Shown here piece after piece: positions 18,466 through 28,624 of a stretch of DNA of 64,000 bases (position 1 is the stretch's first letter; every line of letters starts with the position of its first letter). The position numbers and the translations under genes are program-made. The notes beneath the pieces were generated by a model. It did not search any database. It was not told the origin of the DNA and was given only the letters and a program-made list of their open reading frames with translations. The stretch is from Thermoproteota archaeon (GTDB lineage Archaea; Thermoproteota; Thermoprotei_A; Sulfolobales; Ignisphaeraceae). The stretch covers positions 1-64,000 of the forward strand of contig JAUQPB010000005.1 in NCBI GenBank assembly GCA_030550585.1. Reading direction: 5' to 3'.

Positions 18466-19464
18466 GTGATAAAGGTTGTGTTGTTTGCACTTGCACTATC
18501 AACAGCTATTATCCTAGCACTTCTTGCGGTAGCATATTTTCATCAAATAACCATTGTATATAGAGACGACAGCAATGGTCTTGTATTTAGAGAAGATCCG
18601 AAGATAATTGGAGAAACAGATGATAAGATCTGCTACATCCACATATATGATATAGCGCAACGGGGCTCTTCTCAAATACTACCTACACAGTATCCAGAGC
18701 TATACCGCTTGAATATAAACTCAATAAATATCTCGATATCATACGACATTTGGATAGGGATAAACGCCTCGATAAAAAGCGCTTCGACGAACCGTACAGT
18801 ACTAACTGCGGGAACATTATTACTTAATAGTATTAAAGATGCCTCTGTGAGGGTTTTTGAGGTTAATAAGAGTAGTAGTATAGAGCTTGAGAGGATTATT
18901 AGAGAGGAGCTTCGTCGCTCACAATACTCTGACTACATACCTTTAGTTGTTGGCGAGGGCTATAGAAGGGTTATTGACTACGTTGAGCAAGTAGCAATTA
19001 AAGAAATGATGTGTAGCCCCTCACGGTTGTTCACAGGGATGATATCGAATTTAACTGTTTATAGATTTCAATGGTTATGCCCAACTTCGGATCTTCCTCA
19101 CATAGGCAATGTGCATGTAGTCGAAATGTGCCTTAATAGAGGGGCTCTCATATCAATTTTACTTGGAGGCTTCATGAGAATAGACAAGGTTATTGATTTA
19201 GTTGCAAACGCAACGAGGTATAACCTCTCAGGGGATGCAATTAAAGCTATTGTTTATTCCCTCACTTTACCATTTGTACTTGACTCTATTATGGCTATGA
19301 ACTACAATATTGTGCTTAGCCCACAGGCAGTGCATATTTGGAGGGCTCTAGCCTTTCTACTGGCGTTTGTCAGCGGGATATTCCTTCACTATAGGCTTAG
19401 ACCTGAAGAATATAGTGGTTTTATAAGATTTTTCAGAAGGTTACGCCGGAGAATCGGTGGATAG
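18466..19464 (+). CDS. Hypothetical membrane protein (N- and C-terminal TM)
   Basis: 332-aa ORF with upstream GGTG and hydrophobic ends. Confidence 0.65.
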   Translation: MIKVVLFALALSTAIILALLAVAYFHQITIVYRDDSNGLVFREDPKIIGETDDKICYIHIYDIAQRGSSQILPTQYPELYRLNINSINISISYDIWIGINASIKSASTNRTVLTAGTLLLNSIKDASVRVFEVNKSSSIELERIIREELRRSQYSDYIPLVVGEGYRRVIDYVEQVAIKEMMCSPSRLFTGMISNLTVYRFQWLCPTSDLPHIGNVHVVEMCLNRGALISILLGGFMRIDKVIDLVANATRYNLSGDAIKAIVYSLTLPFVLDSIMAMNYNIVLSPQAVHIWRALAFLLAFVSGIFLHYRLRPEEYSGFIRFFRRLRRRIGG

Positions 19465-20407
19465 TTACTCTATAGACTATGTAGATGGCGAGGGCCGCCA
19501 CGAGTATTGGTGGTAGAAGAGGTGTGTACACATCAACTGTTTTCACAGCCTTTGCACTGACCTCTACCCTCTGAATAGCTTGCGAGGCCTGCTCCAAGGC
19601 TTTGCCGAGAGCCTCTGGTAGCTTGTCAACTGTTTCTGCAACGTATGGCTCTCCCCCGGTGCTATCCGCTATAAGCCTCATCTCCTCTATACCCTCTTGT
19701 TCGGAGCCTATGAACACAGTGTATATTGGTATTCCAAGTCTTTTGAAATCATCTAATAGCGGTCTATAGTCATTTGTATCCCCTGGGAGACCATCTGAGA
19801 CGAAGACTATTGAGGCAGAAACATTGTATTCTCTATATGGTTTCAACCAGTTTAGTGCTGATCTCAGGGGGTAGCTATACATTGTACCACCATTCGCCTC
19901 AGCCTTCTCTACAGCCTCTACAATCTTGCTCCTATCGCCTATAGGTGCAACAGCTTGTTTAACTCTGTCAGCGAACTCTATGAAACCAACATCTATGCTT
20001 TGGGGGAGTCTCTTAACAACGTCTACTATAACCCTCTTGGCAGTCTCTATCTTTGTGCCACCCATACTGCCGGAGGTGTCCAATATTATTATGAGGGGCG
20101 GCCTCACATTAAATGATAGCTCGGAAACCTCTTTAGACTCTACATAGATCTGCTTCTGTGTGACAATATAGGGCTCGGCTAGAGCTAGTGAGATAAGGGC
20201 TACAAGGGCGAGTTTCAGGGCTAGGGTCGCGATTCTAAATCTCGTTCTCTTTGGGGCTAGCCTCTTAGAGGCTATAGAGGCGAGGGAGTGTCTGTATCTA
20301 TAATTCTTTGAGTATAGCTTTGGGAAGAGCATATGCAGTAAGATAACAATTGTTGTGGATATGGCAAAGGCAGCTATGAATAGATAGGGGTTTTTGAGTG
20401 TGATCAC
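19433..20407 (-). CDS. BatA-like membrane-anchored vWA protein
   Basis: N-terminal KNPYLF and two TMs, ALAEP; MIDAS DTSGS, GGT, VSDG; C-terminal TM. Confidence 0.88.
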   Translation of the reverse strand: MITLKNPYLFIAAFAISTTIVILLHMLFPKLYSKNYRYRHSLASIASKRLAPKRTRFRIATLALKLALVALISLALAEPYIVTQKQIYVESKEVSELSFNVRPPLIIILDTSGSMGGTKIETAKRVIVDVVKRLPQSIDVGFIEFADRVKQAVAPIGDRSKIVEAVEKAEANGGTMYSYPLRSALNWLKPYREYNVSASIVFVSDGLPGDTNDYRPLLDDFKRLGIPIYTVFIGSEQEGIEEMRLIADSTGGEPYVAETVDKLPEALGKALEQASQAIQRVEVSAKAVKTVDVYTPLLPPILVAALAIYIVYRVTIHRFSGVTF

Positions 20408-21348
20408 AACCCCTCAGCCAGGCTAAGTATTGTGAGAGGCAGTGCCGCCAGGAGTATGTAGAGCTGTATCGAATAGTCCTTTACAGGGGTTTCGATGTAA
20501 AGCTGGCCAGAGGCTTTAAAGGCTCCGTACCTAGCTTCGACGTAGAGCTTCTCAGCTATGTAGTTGAGAGCCTCTACCTCGTTTGTTAGCATCCCAACCC
20601 TTATCACTTGAACCCCATACCTTTTACATGTCTCTTCAAAGCTAGATGCCCTAGGATCGCTACCGACTAGTATAGCGAGCAGAGGGATGTTGCCAGCTAC
20701 AACAGCTTTTACAGCATCTTCTACAGGCGAGCCATAGTTTGCCGCGCCATCTGTTACAACAAGTAGTGCTGTTGGTATTGGAGATGTCTTTGCTTTTGAG
20801 AATCCAAAGTATATGGCATCGCCAATAGCAGAGTACTTTTCAAGTTCTAATTTGCTGAGAACAGAAGAGCAGGTTTCGAGAGAGCTTGTGTTTGTAGCTA
20901 TGCAGAGGGGCTTCACATTGCTGCTAAACCCATACACCTCTACAGCATCTCTCCTCTCAACAGCTTTTCTAGCAATCCTCAGAACTAGGTCAACTGCGCT
21001 TCCAATTCTAGTTGGATATGCATCTGTTTTCCCCATACTCGTGGATATATCTAGTAGAATAATGATTTTTGCATTGGTTATATTTACACTGAGTATGTTG
21101 TCCATGGTCACAGGGGTGTAGGTGTATGTCACTGTATAGGGCTGTGCAACAGCAACTGCAAGAAGCATGGGAGCAATAAACTTTGCTATCAACAGAGCTC
21201 TTGCAACCTTCCACCCACCCAATCCACCAAGCTTCGATGAAAGCTCGGAAGATCTCCTCCTACTTCTGTAGAGCAATAAAGTAAGTACTGTGGCTATGGC
21301 CGGCACAAGAACGAGTGCCAGGGGGTGGTCAAACCCTATGCTAGTCAT
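20404..21348 (-). CDS. BatA/BatB-like membrane-anchored vWA protein; probable ATG start at 21348
   Basis: FDHPLAL, AVAQP, DISTSM..TDAYPTRI, SAIGDA, VTDG. Confidence 0.85.
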   Translation of the reverse strand: MTSIGFDHPLALVLVPAIATVLTLLLYRSRRRSSELSSKLGGLGGWKVARALLIAKFIAPMLLAVAVAQPYTVTYTYTPVTMDNILSVNITNAKIIILLDISTSMGKTDAYPTRIGSAVDLVLRIARKAVERRDAVEVYGFSSNVKPLCIATNTSSLETCSSVLSKLELEKYSAIGDAIYFGFSKAKTSPIPTALLVVTDGAANYGSPVEDAVKAVVAGNIPLLAILVGSDPRASSFEETCKRYGVQVIRVGMLTNEVEALNYIAEKLYVEARYGAFKASGQLYIETPVKDYSIQLYILLAALPLTILSLAEGL

Positions 21349-22267
21349 CCGATTCAGGGGGGACATAGCCGGCTCCACCACCAACACCTTGGCTACTACC
21401 GCTAGAGCTTCCCTGTTCATTGCCCTCCTGTCCCTGGCCCGGCATGCCCTGCTGGATAAGGGATAGAAGCTTGTTTCTAGCATTCATAACCTCTAGCGAT
21501 AGAGGCCCCGAAACCCCTACATCCTCCAATTCCTTTTTCAGGCCGGCCAGGCGTTGCTGGTCCCCAACTCTCTCACCTTTGCACAGAGCCTCTACAACAT
21601 CTCTATAGCTTTTGGCCATCTGCATAACATTGTACGCAGCTTGCAGAGACTTGAAAACATTTTCGAATCTTCTAAGAGATGCGTTTACTACCCCAACATG
21701 GTTCTCCGCCAAATAGCTGCTGTTGACATTTCTAAGAATATCTATAGCCGAGGCCGTAGAGCCAATCGCCCCAACCACTTTATCCTCGACCAAGCCGAAC
21801 TTCTCAAGAGCCTCATCAACTCTGCAAAGAGCCAAAAGCTCGAGAGACTCCCTCAGAGTTGTAACAGAGGAATTCAAATCTCTATAAGCTTCAACACCTT
21901 TAACAGAGGCGCTAGCCACATATAGATAGCTTTTTGCAGCACCAACAAAGAAACTGTTGTCAGAACCATAAACAGCAGATACATTACGCAAATACCTCTC
22001 CAACCTCATCCTAACACCATAAACATCGCTGAAATCGTATCCAGAAACACCAAAACCTTTGAGAACACCCTCAAGAGCAATAGACGACTTGTTGAGATAT
22101 TGAACAGCTCTAACATAATCCTCCAAAACATTTATATGAGGAGAGCTTACAACACGAGGCCAAAAACTATATATTATAAAGGCGATAGAGAGAAGCAAAA
22201 TGATAAGAGCAGCCAACGAATACCTATCACGCAAAAACCTCTGACTCCAAGCCACATTAACCTCCAT
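21341..22267 (-). CDS. Membrane-anchored helical protein with Q/G/S-rich tail
   Basis: N-terminal TM; tail QGQEGNEQGSSSGSSQGVGGGAGY; overlaps the vWA gene start. Confidence 0.7.
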   Translation of the reverse strand: MEVNVAWSQRFLRDRYSLAALIILLLSIAFIIYSFWPRVVSSPHINVLEDYVRAVQYLNKSSIALEGVLKGFGVSGYDFSDVYGVRMRLERYLRNVSAVYGSDNSFFVGAAKSYLYVASASVKGVEAYRDLNSSVTTLRESLELLALCRVDEALEKFGLVEDKVVGAIGSTASAIDILRNVNSSYLAENHVGVVNASLRRFENVFKSLQAAYNVMQMAKSYRDVVEALCKGERVGDQQRLAGLKKELEDVGVSGPLSLEVMNARNKLLSLIQQGMPGQGQEGNEQGSSSGSSQGVGGGAGYVPPESDD

Positions 22268-22411
22268 AAATCAAAACCTCTACAAAACAAGTATTCTCAA
22301 TAAGAGAATAAAAATCTTTGCTATGCAAAAACCAAGCAAAATCCTCTATGCTCATGGGAGCTTCTAGATAAATTTGCTCGCTGGGCTGGTGTAAATTGTG
22401 TTATGGAAAAT

Positions 22412-24114
22412 TTATTCCTCTATATAGTAGACATAATTAGTATTCAGCTTATATACCTCTATGTAGGCTCCAGGCCATATGTCAGAGCCGCTAAAAACTC
22501 TTTCTCTTGTCTGATCCTGGTTTATGTATGTATACCATGGGTCTAAGAAGAATGTTGTTCCTGCTGACCAAACCCTATAGCCAATTATATCATATTTTTC
22601 AACTATACTGAAGTCTGTATCGAATATGTAGATTCTATGGCGACTGCCAAATTCTGTGTCGGTTGCGAAGGATGCAGCAAACATGATTTGGCCTTGTGAA
22701 TCTATTACCGGATATATTGTTGGATTTTCGTGTCCCTTCTCAAATATTGTTTTGACATATATGAATTCTCTTGATGTTGGACCGTTTATTCTCCATAGTA
22801 TTGTTCCTGCTGAGAAACTTGATGTGAGTGCGTACCATGTCCCATTAAATTTGAAGATGGCTATGTCGTAGTGTCCCCATCTGCCACTAGGTGGAGCGTT
22901 AACCAGCTTTACATCTTCGTACAAGCCTCTAAATCGAGATTATCGCTGAACACAACCTTGGCTATTCTATGTAGCTCTCCTTGGTATGTTGCTCCCCAGT
23001 TCATTATATAGCCGTGGATTTTGCCGTCGACCCACTTAAACAATACTCCTTGACCTGTGTAAGCAGGGTTTCCACGGATTATGATGAGCTTTACCGGCTT
23101 GAAGTTTATGAAGTCCTTCGATCTGAGTATTAGCAGGCCTAGTGGTTGCCGGTAGAACCCTGCTGTTGCAAAGAACAACATATATCCTTCAGAGTCTTTT
23201 AATATGGATCGCGGATCATATTTTCCATTACTCCAATCGAATACGGGTCTAAGATCTCTCATACCCGCGCCAGCTAGCTGGTAAACTGCGAGATTCTCTA
23301 TGACTACTGATGCACTGCAGATCCTCAGCAGAATTCTGGTATCATATACCCAGAGCTGAGGTGTTGAAAGCCGTGATAAAAGAATCCAGTCTTCATCAGT
23401 TTCACGTTTTGCAAATATCTCAACGGCTCCTGTTGTGTAGGCAAATAGAAGCTCAAGTCTCTCTGTATTTATTGGAATAGATATCTAATTCAAAGCCCAG
23501 CGACCCTCAAGGTATACCGTAGTGTCTCTATCGAAACCAATTTTTACACTTACATAGTGTTTATCTGAACGAGGAGACCAAAGAGACTCTAAAATCTCAT
23601 TCTATACATTAGGTATGGTCAGAACAAGTCTATAGACCTTGTATCTGTCTATCTTAACTTCATTGTTATATGCATATACACATACATTCTCAGCCATTAT
23701 TTCCAGCCCTCTATATGTCAACCTATATGTGTCATTAACAATCCACCTCTTATCCATAGTCTGCAAATCCTCTTGATAATAGATAACATCATCAAAGTAT
23801 ATAAATGGCATTACCACAGACAACCTCTCCCCAAGCTCCAAAAAAGGAGGTTGAGGTAGCTGATAAGTGGTAACTGTTCTGAACTCTGTAACAGTTTTTA
23901 CCTCTGTAGCCGTTGCAGTAACCGTTGCTAACATTGATGTAGTAACTGTTTTGATATCTGTATTTGTAATCGTATTTGTAACTGTAATTGTATTAACCTC
24001 TGTCTCAACATTGATCGTAAACCTGGCAATGCTATAACCAATTAAGCTAGAAACCAGCATTACTAAAACTATTATAATGACATATTGTCTATTAAAGTGC
24101 ATCACATCTTTCAC
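22412..24114 (-). pseudogene. Membrane-anchored, Thr-rich-linker protein with glycosidase-like (possibly beta-propeller) C-terminus; disrupted
   Basis: ORFs 23602-24114 and 22909-23262 share a frame, broken by two TAG stops; frameshift near 22920 into 22412-22924. Contains YDP, RSKDFINF (Asp-box-like) and HENP. Confidence 0.65.
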
Positions 24115-24287
24115 TTGTAATTATAAATAAAATGCGAGAAATTCTAATAAATTTGTTATACTACCCTTATGACATTTATGTAAAGATATCCAATGCATTT
24201 ATACTGCAACAGTTGTAGAAAATTCTCATAAGGGTGTAGAAATGTTTTTATATTGCTGTGTGGTTTTATGTTTTTTGGGTTGTGCGC

Positions 24288-24788
24288 ATGGTTAGGCGTG
24301 ATGCGTTGTTGGAGAAGCTCCTCAATGTTTTGCCTGGTTTTCGTGGCTATAGAAAAAAGGAGTATGTGAGGGAGGATGATAGACTTGTTAGAGAGTATAT
24401 AGTGAGGGTGTTGACCGAGGCTATAAGGGATTTGGAGGAGGCTATTGCGAATATTGCTATATATGATTTTGGTTCGGCTGAGCTTTTCGATAGTGTTTTG
24501 AGGGATCTTAGAACTGTTGCTGATAGGATTAGGTGGGCTGAGCATGGTTATGCCCCTCATTTCAACATTGTTAAGATTCAGGAGGAGGATTTGAATAGGA
24601 TGAGAGAGGTTGATCTATCTATTGTTGAGAATGCTGAGAAGATTAGAGAGTTTGCGGCGAGTGTCAAGAGGGATTCTATGCTTAGAAACCCTGTTAGAGA
24701 GAGGGTTCAGGAGCTGGTCAAGCTCATAGATGATGTGAGGGCTAAGCTTGTGGAAAGAGAGAAGATTGTTAGAGGCTGGGTGCAGTAG
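24288..24788 (+). CDS. Helical hypothetical protein heading an SPFH operon; probable ATG start at 24288
   Basis: LPGFRGYRKKEYVREDDRLVRE...AEHGYAPHF; charged and helical throughout. Confidence 0.75.
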   Translation: MVRRDALLEKLLNVLPGFRGYRKKEYVREDDRLVREYIVRVLTEAIRDLEEAIANIAIYDFGSAELFDSVLRDLRTVADRIRWAEHGYAPHFNIVKIQEEDLNRMREVDLSIVENAEKIREFAASVKRDSMLRNPVRERVQELVKLIDDVRAKLVEREKIVRGWVQ

Positions 24789-24839
24789 CTGGTGAGGAGC
24801 TACAAAGTTTATTAACGTTTCAAGATATGTGTCCTGTAG

Positions 24840-25913
24840 GTGCATGGTTTGGCTCTCAACAAGATTGGAAAGGTCATAGGCAAGGCAGGTAGCAAGATAA
24901 GTGGTTTCCAGCCTAAACTAATCGAGTGGAAGGATGCCACACCAAATGATATTGTTTGGAGATACCCGGATGAGGTAATTCCGTGGGGCTCCACGATCGT
25001 GGTTAAGGAGTGGGAGAGAGCGGTTTTCTACAGAGATGGCAAGGTCTATGGTGTTCTGGGCCCCGGCAGGCATGTTCTCGATACTCAGAATGTTCCGTTT
25101 CTACAAGGACTTGTAGAGGGGTTTTATGGGGAGAGCATATTTAGAGCCATAATCATATTTGTTAATATCAATAGGTTGCAGGGTAAGTTTGGTGGTAGAA
25201 GCCAAACCGTTGAGCTCATACCAGTCAATTTCTATGGGGTCTACTACTATAGGGTTGCAGACCCAGCTCTATTTGTTAACAAGGTTGTTGGACCTGACTC
25301 TAGATTCACTAGAGAGGAGCTTGACGAGTATATAAGGAGCTACTTCCTGAACAACCTCATGGCATTCATAAGCCAGTCTAGCATAAAAGACCTCTATATG
25401 AAGGCTGCTGAAGCTAGCAAGAGGGCTGCTATGGTACTTAGAAAGCCTTTTGATGAGATAGGGCTCATGCTTGAGGATGTCCAGTTCGAGGGTATAGATG
25501 TCCCGCCAGAGTATAGAGAGAGGATGTTCTGGTTGATGCAGGGAACATCAGCAGCCTATCTAGTACAGCAGGAGACTGCTAGAAAGTTTGCTGAAGCGAT
25601 TGAGAAGACGCAGGCTGGGGGAGCAGCCTTCGGCGCAGGGGTAGTGGCCATTCCGTGGGCTCTACAGCCGCCCCCACCCCAGGCACAACAACAGCCAGCT
25701 ACACAAGCCCCAGCTGCAGCAACTGCAGGTGTTGCTACAACAGCTCCTCAACAGGGTTATGTGGCTAGATGCCCATACTGCGGCCAGGCACCTGTGCCAC
25801 AAGGAGCCAGGTTCTGCCCATTCTGCGGAAAGCAAGTGAAGTGGTGTCCCAACGGACACATAGCTCCGGCTGAAGCCAACTTCTGCCCTGTCTGTGGCAG
25901 CAAGCTTGTATAG
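24840..25913 (+). CDS. SPFH (band 7, YdjI/virion-core-like) protein with C-terminal double zinc ribbon
   Basis: IVWRYP, VKEWERAVFYRDGK, GPGRHVLDTQNVP; P/Q/A linker; CPYCG, CPFCG, CPNGH, CPVCG. Confidence 0.88.
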   Translation: MHGLALNKIGKVIGKAGSKISGFQPKLIEWKDATPNDIVWRYPDEVIPWGSTIVVKEWERAVFYRDGKVYGVLGPGRHVLDTQNVPFLQGLVEGFYGESIFRAIIIFVNINRLQGKFGGRSQTVELIPVNFYGVYYYRVADPALFVNKVVGPDSRFTREELDEYIRSYFLNNLMAFISQSSIKDLYMKAAEASKRAAMVLRKPFDEIGLMLEDVQFEGIDVPPEYRERMFWLMQGTSAAYLVQQETARKFAEAIEKTQAGGAAFGAGVVAIPWALQPPPPQAQQQPATQAPAAATAGVATTAPQQGYVARCPYCGQAPVPQGARFCPFCGKQVKWCPNGHIAPAEANFCPVCGSKLV

Positions 25914-25925
25914 GTTAGGCAGTGA

Positions 25926-27029
25926 ATGTCTCAAAGCTTTAGATGCAGCAATTGTGGGGCTCCTCTAGATGTTTCTCCAGAAACAATAGCTGTTGTGTGT
26001 AGCTACTGCGGCTATCTCAACTGGATTAGAGAGGATCTCAAAGAGGAGATTCTCGTTGTAAAGCCATTGGGCGAGAGAGAAATCCTTAAAAAGATAGAGG
26101 CTTTTGGCTCTCGCAAAAAGCTTGGCCAAGTCTTTAAAGAGACCAACCTATCCAAACTCACGTTAGTGCTAGTACCATTCTACCTCGTTGATGTGTCTGC
26201 ACAAGCCGATTACAGTGCCAATGTTGTTGTCAGTGTTAGGAAGTGTCGGAGAGAAAAGAATGAGGAGAGGTGTTGGACAGAATCTAGAAACGTGTTTGTA
26301 AAAGGGGTTTACGGACCATACAACGATATAGTGCCTGTTGTTGGTAGAAGGGGGAGCAACGTCTTATCTGTTAGAGTACTAGGGAAAAAATATGCTGTTA
26401 GCAGGGTAGAGGCGGTTCCTCTGGGCGAGGCCAAGCTAGATAAAGATGTGTGGAGGGGTATACTATCGATAGAAGTAGATAAGAAGACTGCCATGGACAT
26501 AGCCCTCAACGAACATCTGAATAGATTGAGAAGCATCGTTACAGAGGTTATAAAGAGAGAGGCGGAGAGCAGGGTCATGATGAGAGGAGAGCATGTAGTG
26601 GGTTCAACAATTCTATGGAAAAGAATAACGCCAATAAACGTGAAGGCAGCTACATCCAAACCAACCCTATTGCCAATGTACACAGCTGTCTACATGTATG
26701 GAGGCAGCATCTACAGGGTAATCCTCTGTGGATGGGATGGAGAGGCAATAGCTTTTGAAAGGCCTATGAGAATGTCTGAGAGAATTGCCTGGGGAACACT
26801 ATCAGCTATAGCCTCGGGGGCGTTGGGCGGCTTATCGGGTATGCTAATAATGGCCAACCCCATAGCCTCTTTACCACTTCTGGTGATAGGTGGGGTGGCC
26901 TCCTGGTACTGCATGAGAAAGGCTTTGACACCTGTTAAAACAACTGTTGTAGAGCCCAGCTTCAGAAACCTGCTTAATCTTGAGCTTGCAATCCATGGGA
27001 TCTCCAGTATATTGGGTGAAATCCTCTGA
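25926..27029 (+). CDS. N-terminal zinc-ribbon protein with C-terminal TM hairpin
   Basis: CSNCGAPL...CSYCG; VLVPFYL; LLPMY...GWDGE; two TMs. Confidence 0.8.
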   Translation: MSQSFRCSNCGAPLDVSPETIAVVCSYCGYLNWIREDLKEEILVVKPLGEREILKKIEAFGSRKKLGQVFKETNLSKLTLVLVPFYLVDVSAQADYSANVVVSVRKCRREKNEERCWTESRNVFVKGVYGPYNDIVPVVGRRGSNVLSVRVLGKKYAVSRVEAVPLGEAKLDKDVWRGILSIEVDKKTAMDIALNEHLNRLRSIVTEVIKREAESRVMMRGEHVVGSTILWKRITPINVKAATSKPTLLPMYTAVYMYGGSIYRVILCGWDGEAIAFERPMRMSERIAWGTLSAIASGALGGLSGMLIMANPIASLPLLVIGGVASWYCMRKALTPVKTTVVEPSFRNLLNLELAIHGISSILGEIL

Positions 27030-27997
27030 GCGAGGCAATAGACAAGGCTAGGTTTAGGTGTAGCTACTGTGGGGCAGAGATAGAGGTTCCCAAGAGCTAT
27101 GTATATGCCACGTGCCCCTACTGCGGAACAACCTTCAGACTTGATAAACCAGATGAGAAAGTGGATCACTATATCTTTGCAGCCTCCATCGACAAGAACT
27201 CTGGGTACAGAATTGTGAAGGAGTTTGCCTCGATGCAGGTTGGGGCAGCAAGAGATATAGAATCTAATACATCTTTCGAATCCGCTTACCAGTACCTTGT
27301 CCCTCTATACCTATACGAAATCAATGTCAAGGCTATGTGCATTGGAGAGTCGGAGAAGGTCGAAGAGGATAAGGTGGAGATGGATGTCCATGGAGGAGAA
27401 GAATTCGCCTACATAGTTACACACGCATCAAACTCTCTACCCATAGCCATACCAAACGACTACTCCTTCCCAGCCAGAAGCCGCACCTACTTCAAGCCGT
27501 CCATCATCAAGGAAGGGGTCTACCTAAACCCAACCCTCGATCCACAGACCATATTCAACAAGGTTAAAGAGCCTTATATAAGAAAAGCAGCTTCAGAAGC
27601 TACAACAGCCTGCGGCTCGAGCTACAGACTAGTGGACAACTCGAAGTATGCGGGCATAGCCCACTACCCCTTCTGGCTTGTAAAGTATAGGTACAGAGAC
27701 AAGGTGTACACAGCAGTTGTTGACGCAGCAGACGGCACAGTTGTATACCTAGAGTACCCCATGGACTCTGTCTCCAGGCTAAAGGGGCTGGCAGGAGGCG
27801 TAGCAACAATGGCAGCTGCAGCCATTGTAGGGGGACTGATAACAATGGTTCTAGCTAATAGCATTATGTATGGTGTTATTGGAGGGGCTCTAGCATCTAC
27901 ACCAGCACTTGCTGTAGCCCTCCAAAAGCTCTTGAAATCCAAAGGTGTTTACAAATATAAGCCCTCGGAAGAGGCAGTCTTTGCACCAGTAAGATAG
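27026..27997 (+). CDS. Paralogous zinc-ribbon/TM protein; probable CTG start at 27026
   Basis: The frame is open 135 nt upstream of the tracked GTG (27161) and encodes CSYCG...CPYCG; HYPFW, VDAADG; two TMs. Confidence 0.8.
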   Translation: MSEAIDKARFRCSYCGAEIEVPKSYVYATCPYCGTTFRLDKPDEKVDHYIFAASIDKNSGYRIVKEFASMQVGAARDIESNTSFESAYQYLVPLYLYEINVKAMCIGESEKVEEDKVEMDVHGGEEFAYIVTHASNSLPIAIPNDYSFPARSRTYFKPSIIKEGVYLNPTLDPQTIFNKVKEPYIRKAASEATTACGSSYRLVDNSKYAGIAHYPFWLVKYRYRDKVYTAVVDAADGTVVYLEYPMDSVSRLKGLAGGVATMAAAAIVGGLITMVLANSIMYGVIGGALASTPALAVALQKLLKSKGVYKYKPSEEAVFAPVR

Positions 27998-28104
27998 AAC
28001 CACCACTTCTTTTGGAGTAAACTCTTCTCTATTCACTTCAAACCTATGCTAGGTTAGGTTTATATACTAGAAAATATGCTATACTTAGTTAATGAGGCTA
28101 GAAT

Positions 28105-28530
28105 ATGGGGGAGAGGCCAACAGCAGCCTTTGTTCTATCTCTTATAGGCGGCTTGCTAATAACAATTGAAAGCATAATTGCGATAATAGTCATTAAATTA
28201 GCCAGTGACATTGCAACTTCTATGGTGCCGGGGATAAACGCATCCATCAGTGCTATTAGTGGTCTAGTTATGGCTGTTAGTGTTCTAGGGATAGTACTTG
28301 GCATCATAATTGTAATCGGCTCGCTGCAAATCAGATCGGGTGTGCCGAACAAGGTTAGGACATGGTCCATAATCGTATTAGTCCTATCTGTAATAAGTGT
28401 ATTCACTGGTGGTGGATTCTTTATAGGATTCATACTAGGGCTGGTAGGCGGTATACTAGGTCTTGTGTGGAAGCCAAGCAAAGCCGAGTCAGCAACATCA
28501 GCGCCATCTTCTCAAGCACAAACAACGTAG
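28105..28530 (+). CDS. Small 4-TM membrane protein (DUF4064/DUF6114-like)
   Basis: PTAAFVLSLIGG...GGGFFIGFILGLVGGILGLVWKP. Confidence 0.75.
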   Translation: MGERPTAAFVLSLIGGLLITIESIIAIIVIKLASDIATSMVPGINASISAISGLVMAVSVLGIVLGIIIVIGSLQIRSGVPNKVRTWSIIVLVLSVISVFTGGGFFIGFILGLVGGILGLVWKPSKAESATSAPSSQAQTT

Positions 28531-28624
28531 AACATATTCAAAAACAATTCATTTTTATGATTTTTATTATTATCTTATTTGGATTTGTCAAAAGATGTAG
28601 AATAGCTGGCTTTGCATCTCTTTG

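Noticed and set aside
23480-23604. Amber readthrough (pyrrolysine-like) at two in-frame TAGs
   Set aside because: The same gene also has a frameshift, and TAG ends many intact genes in this window.
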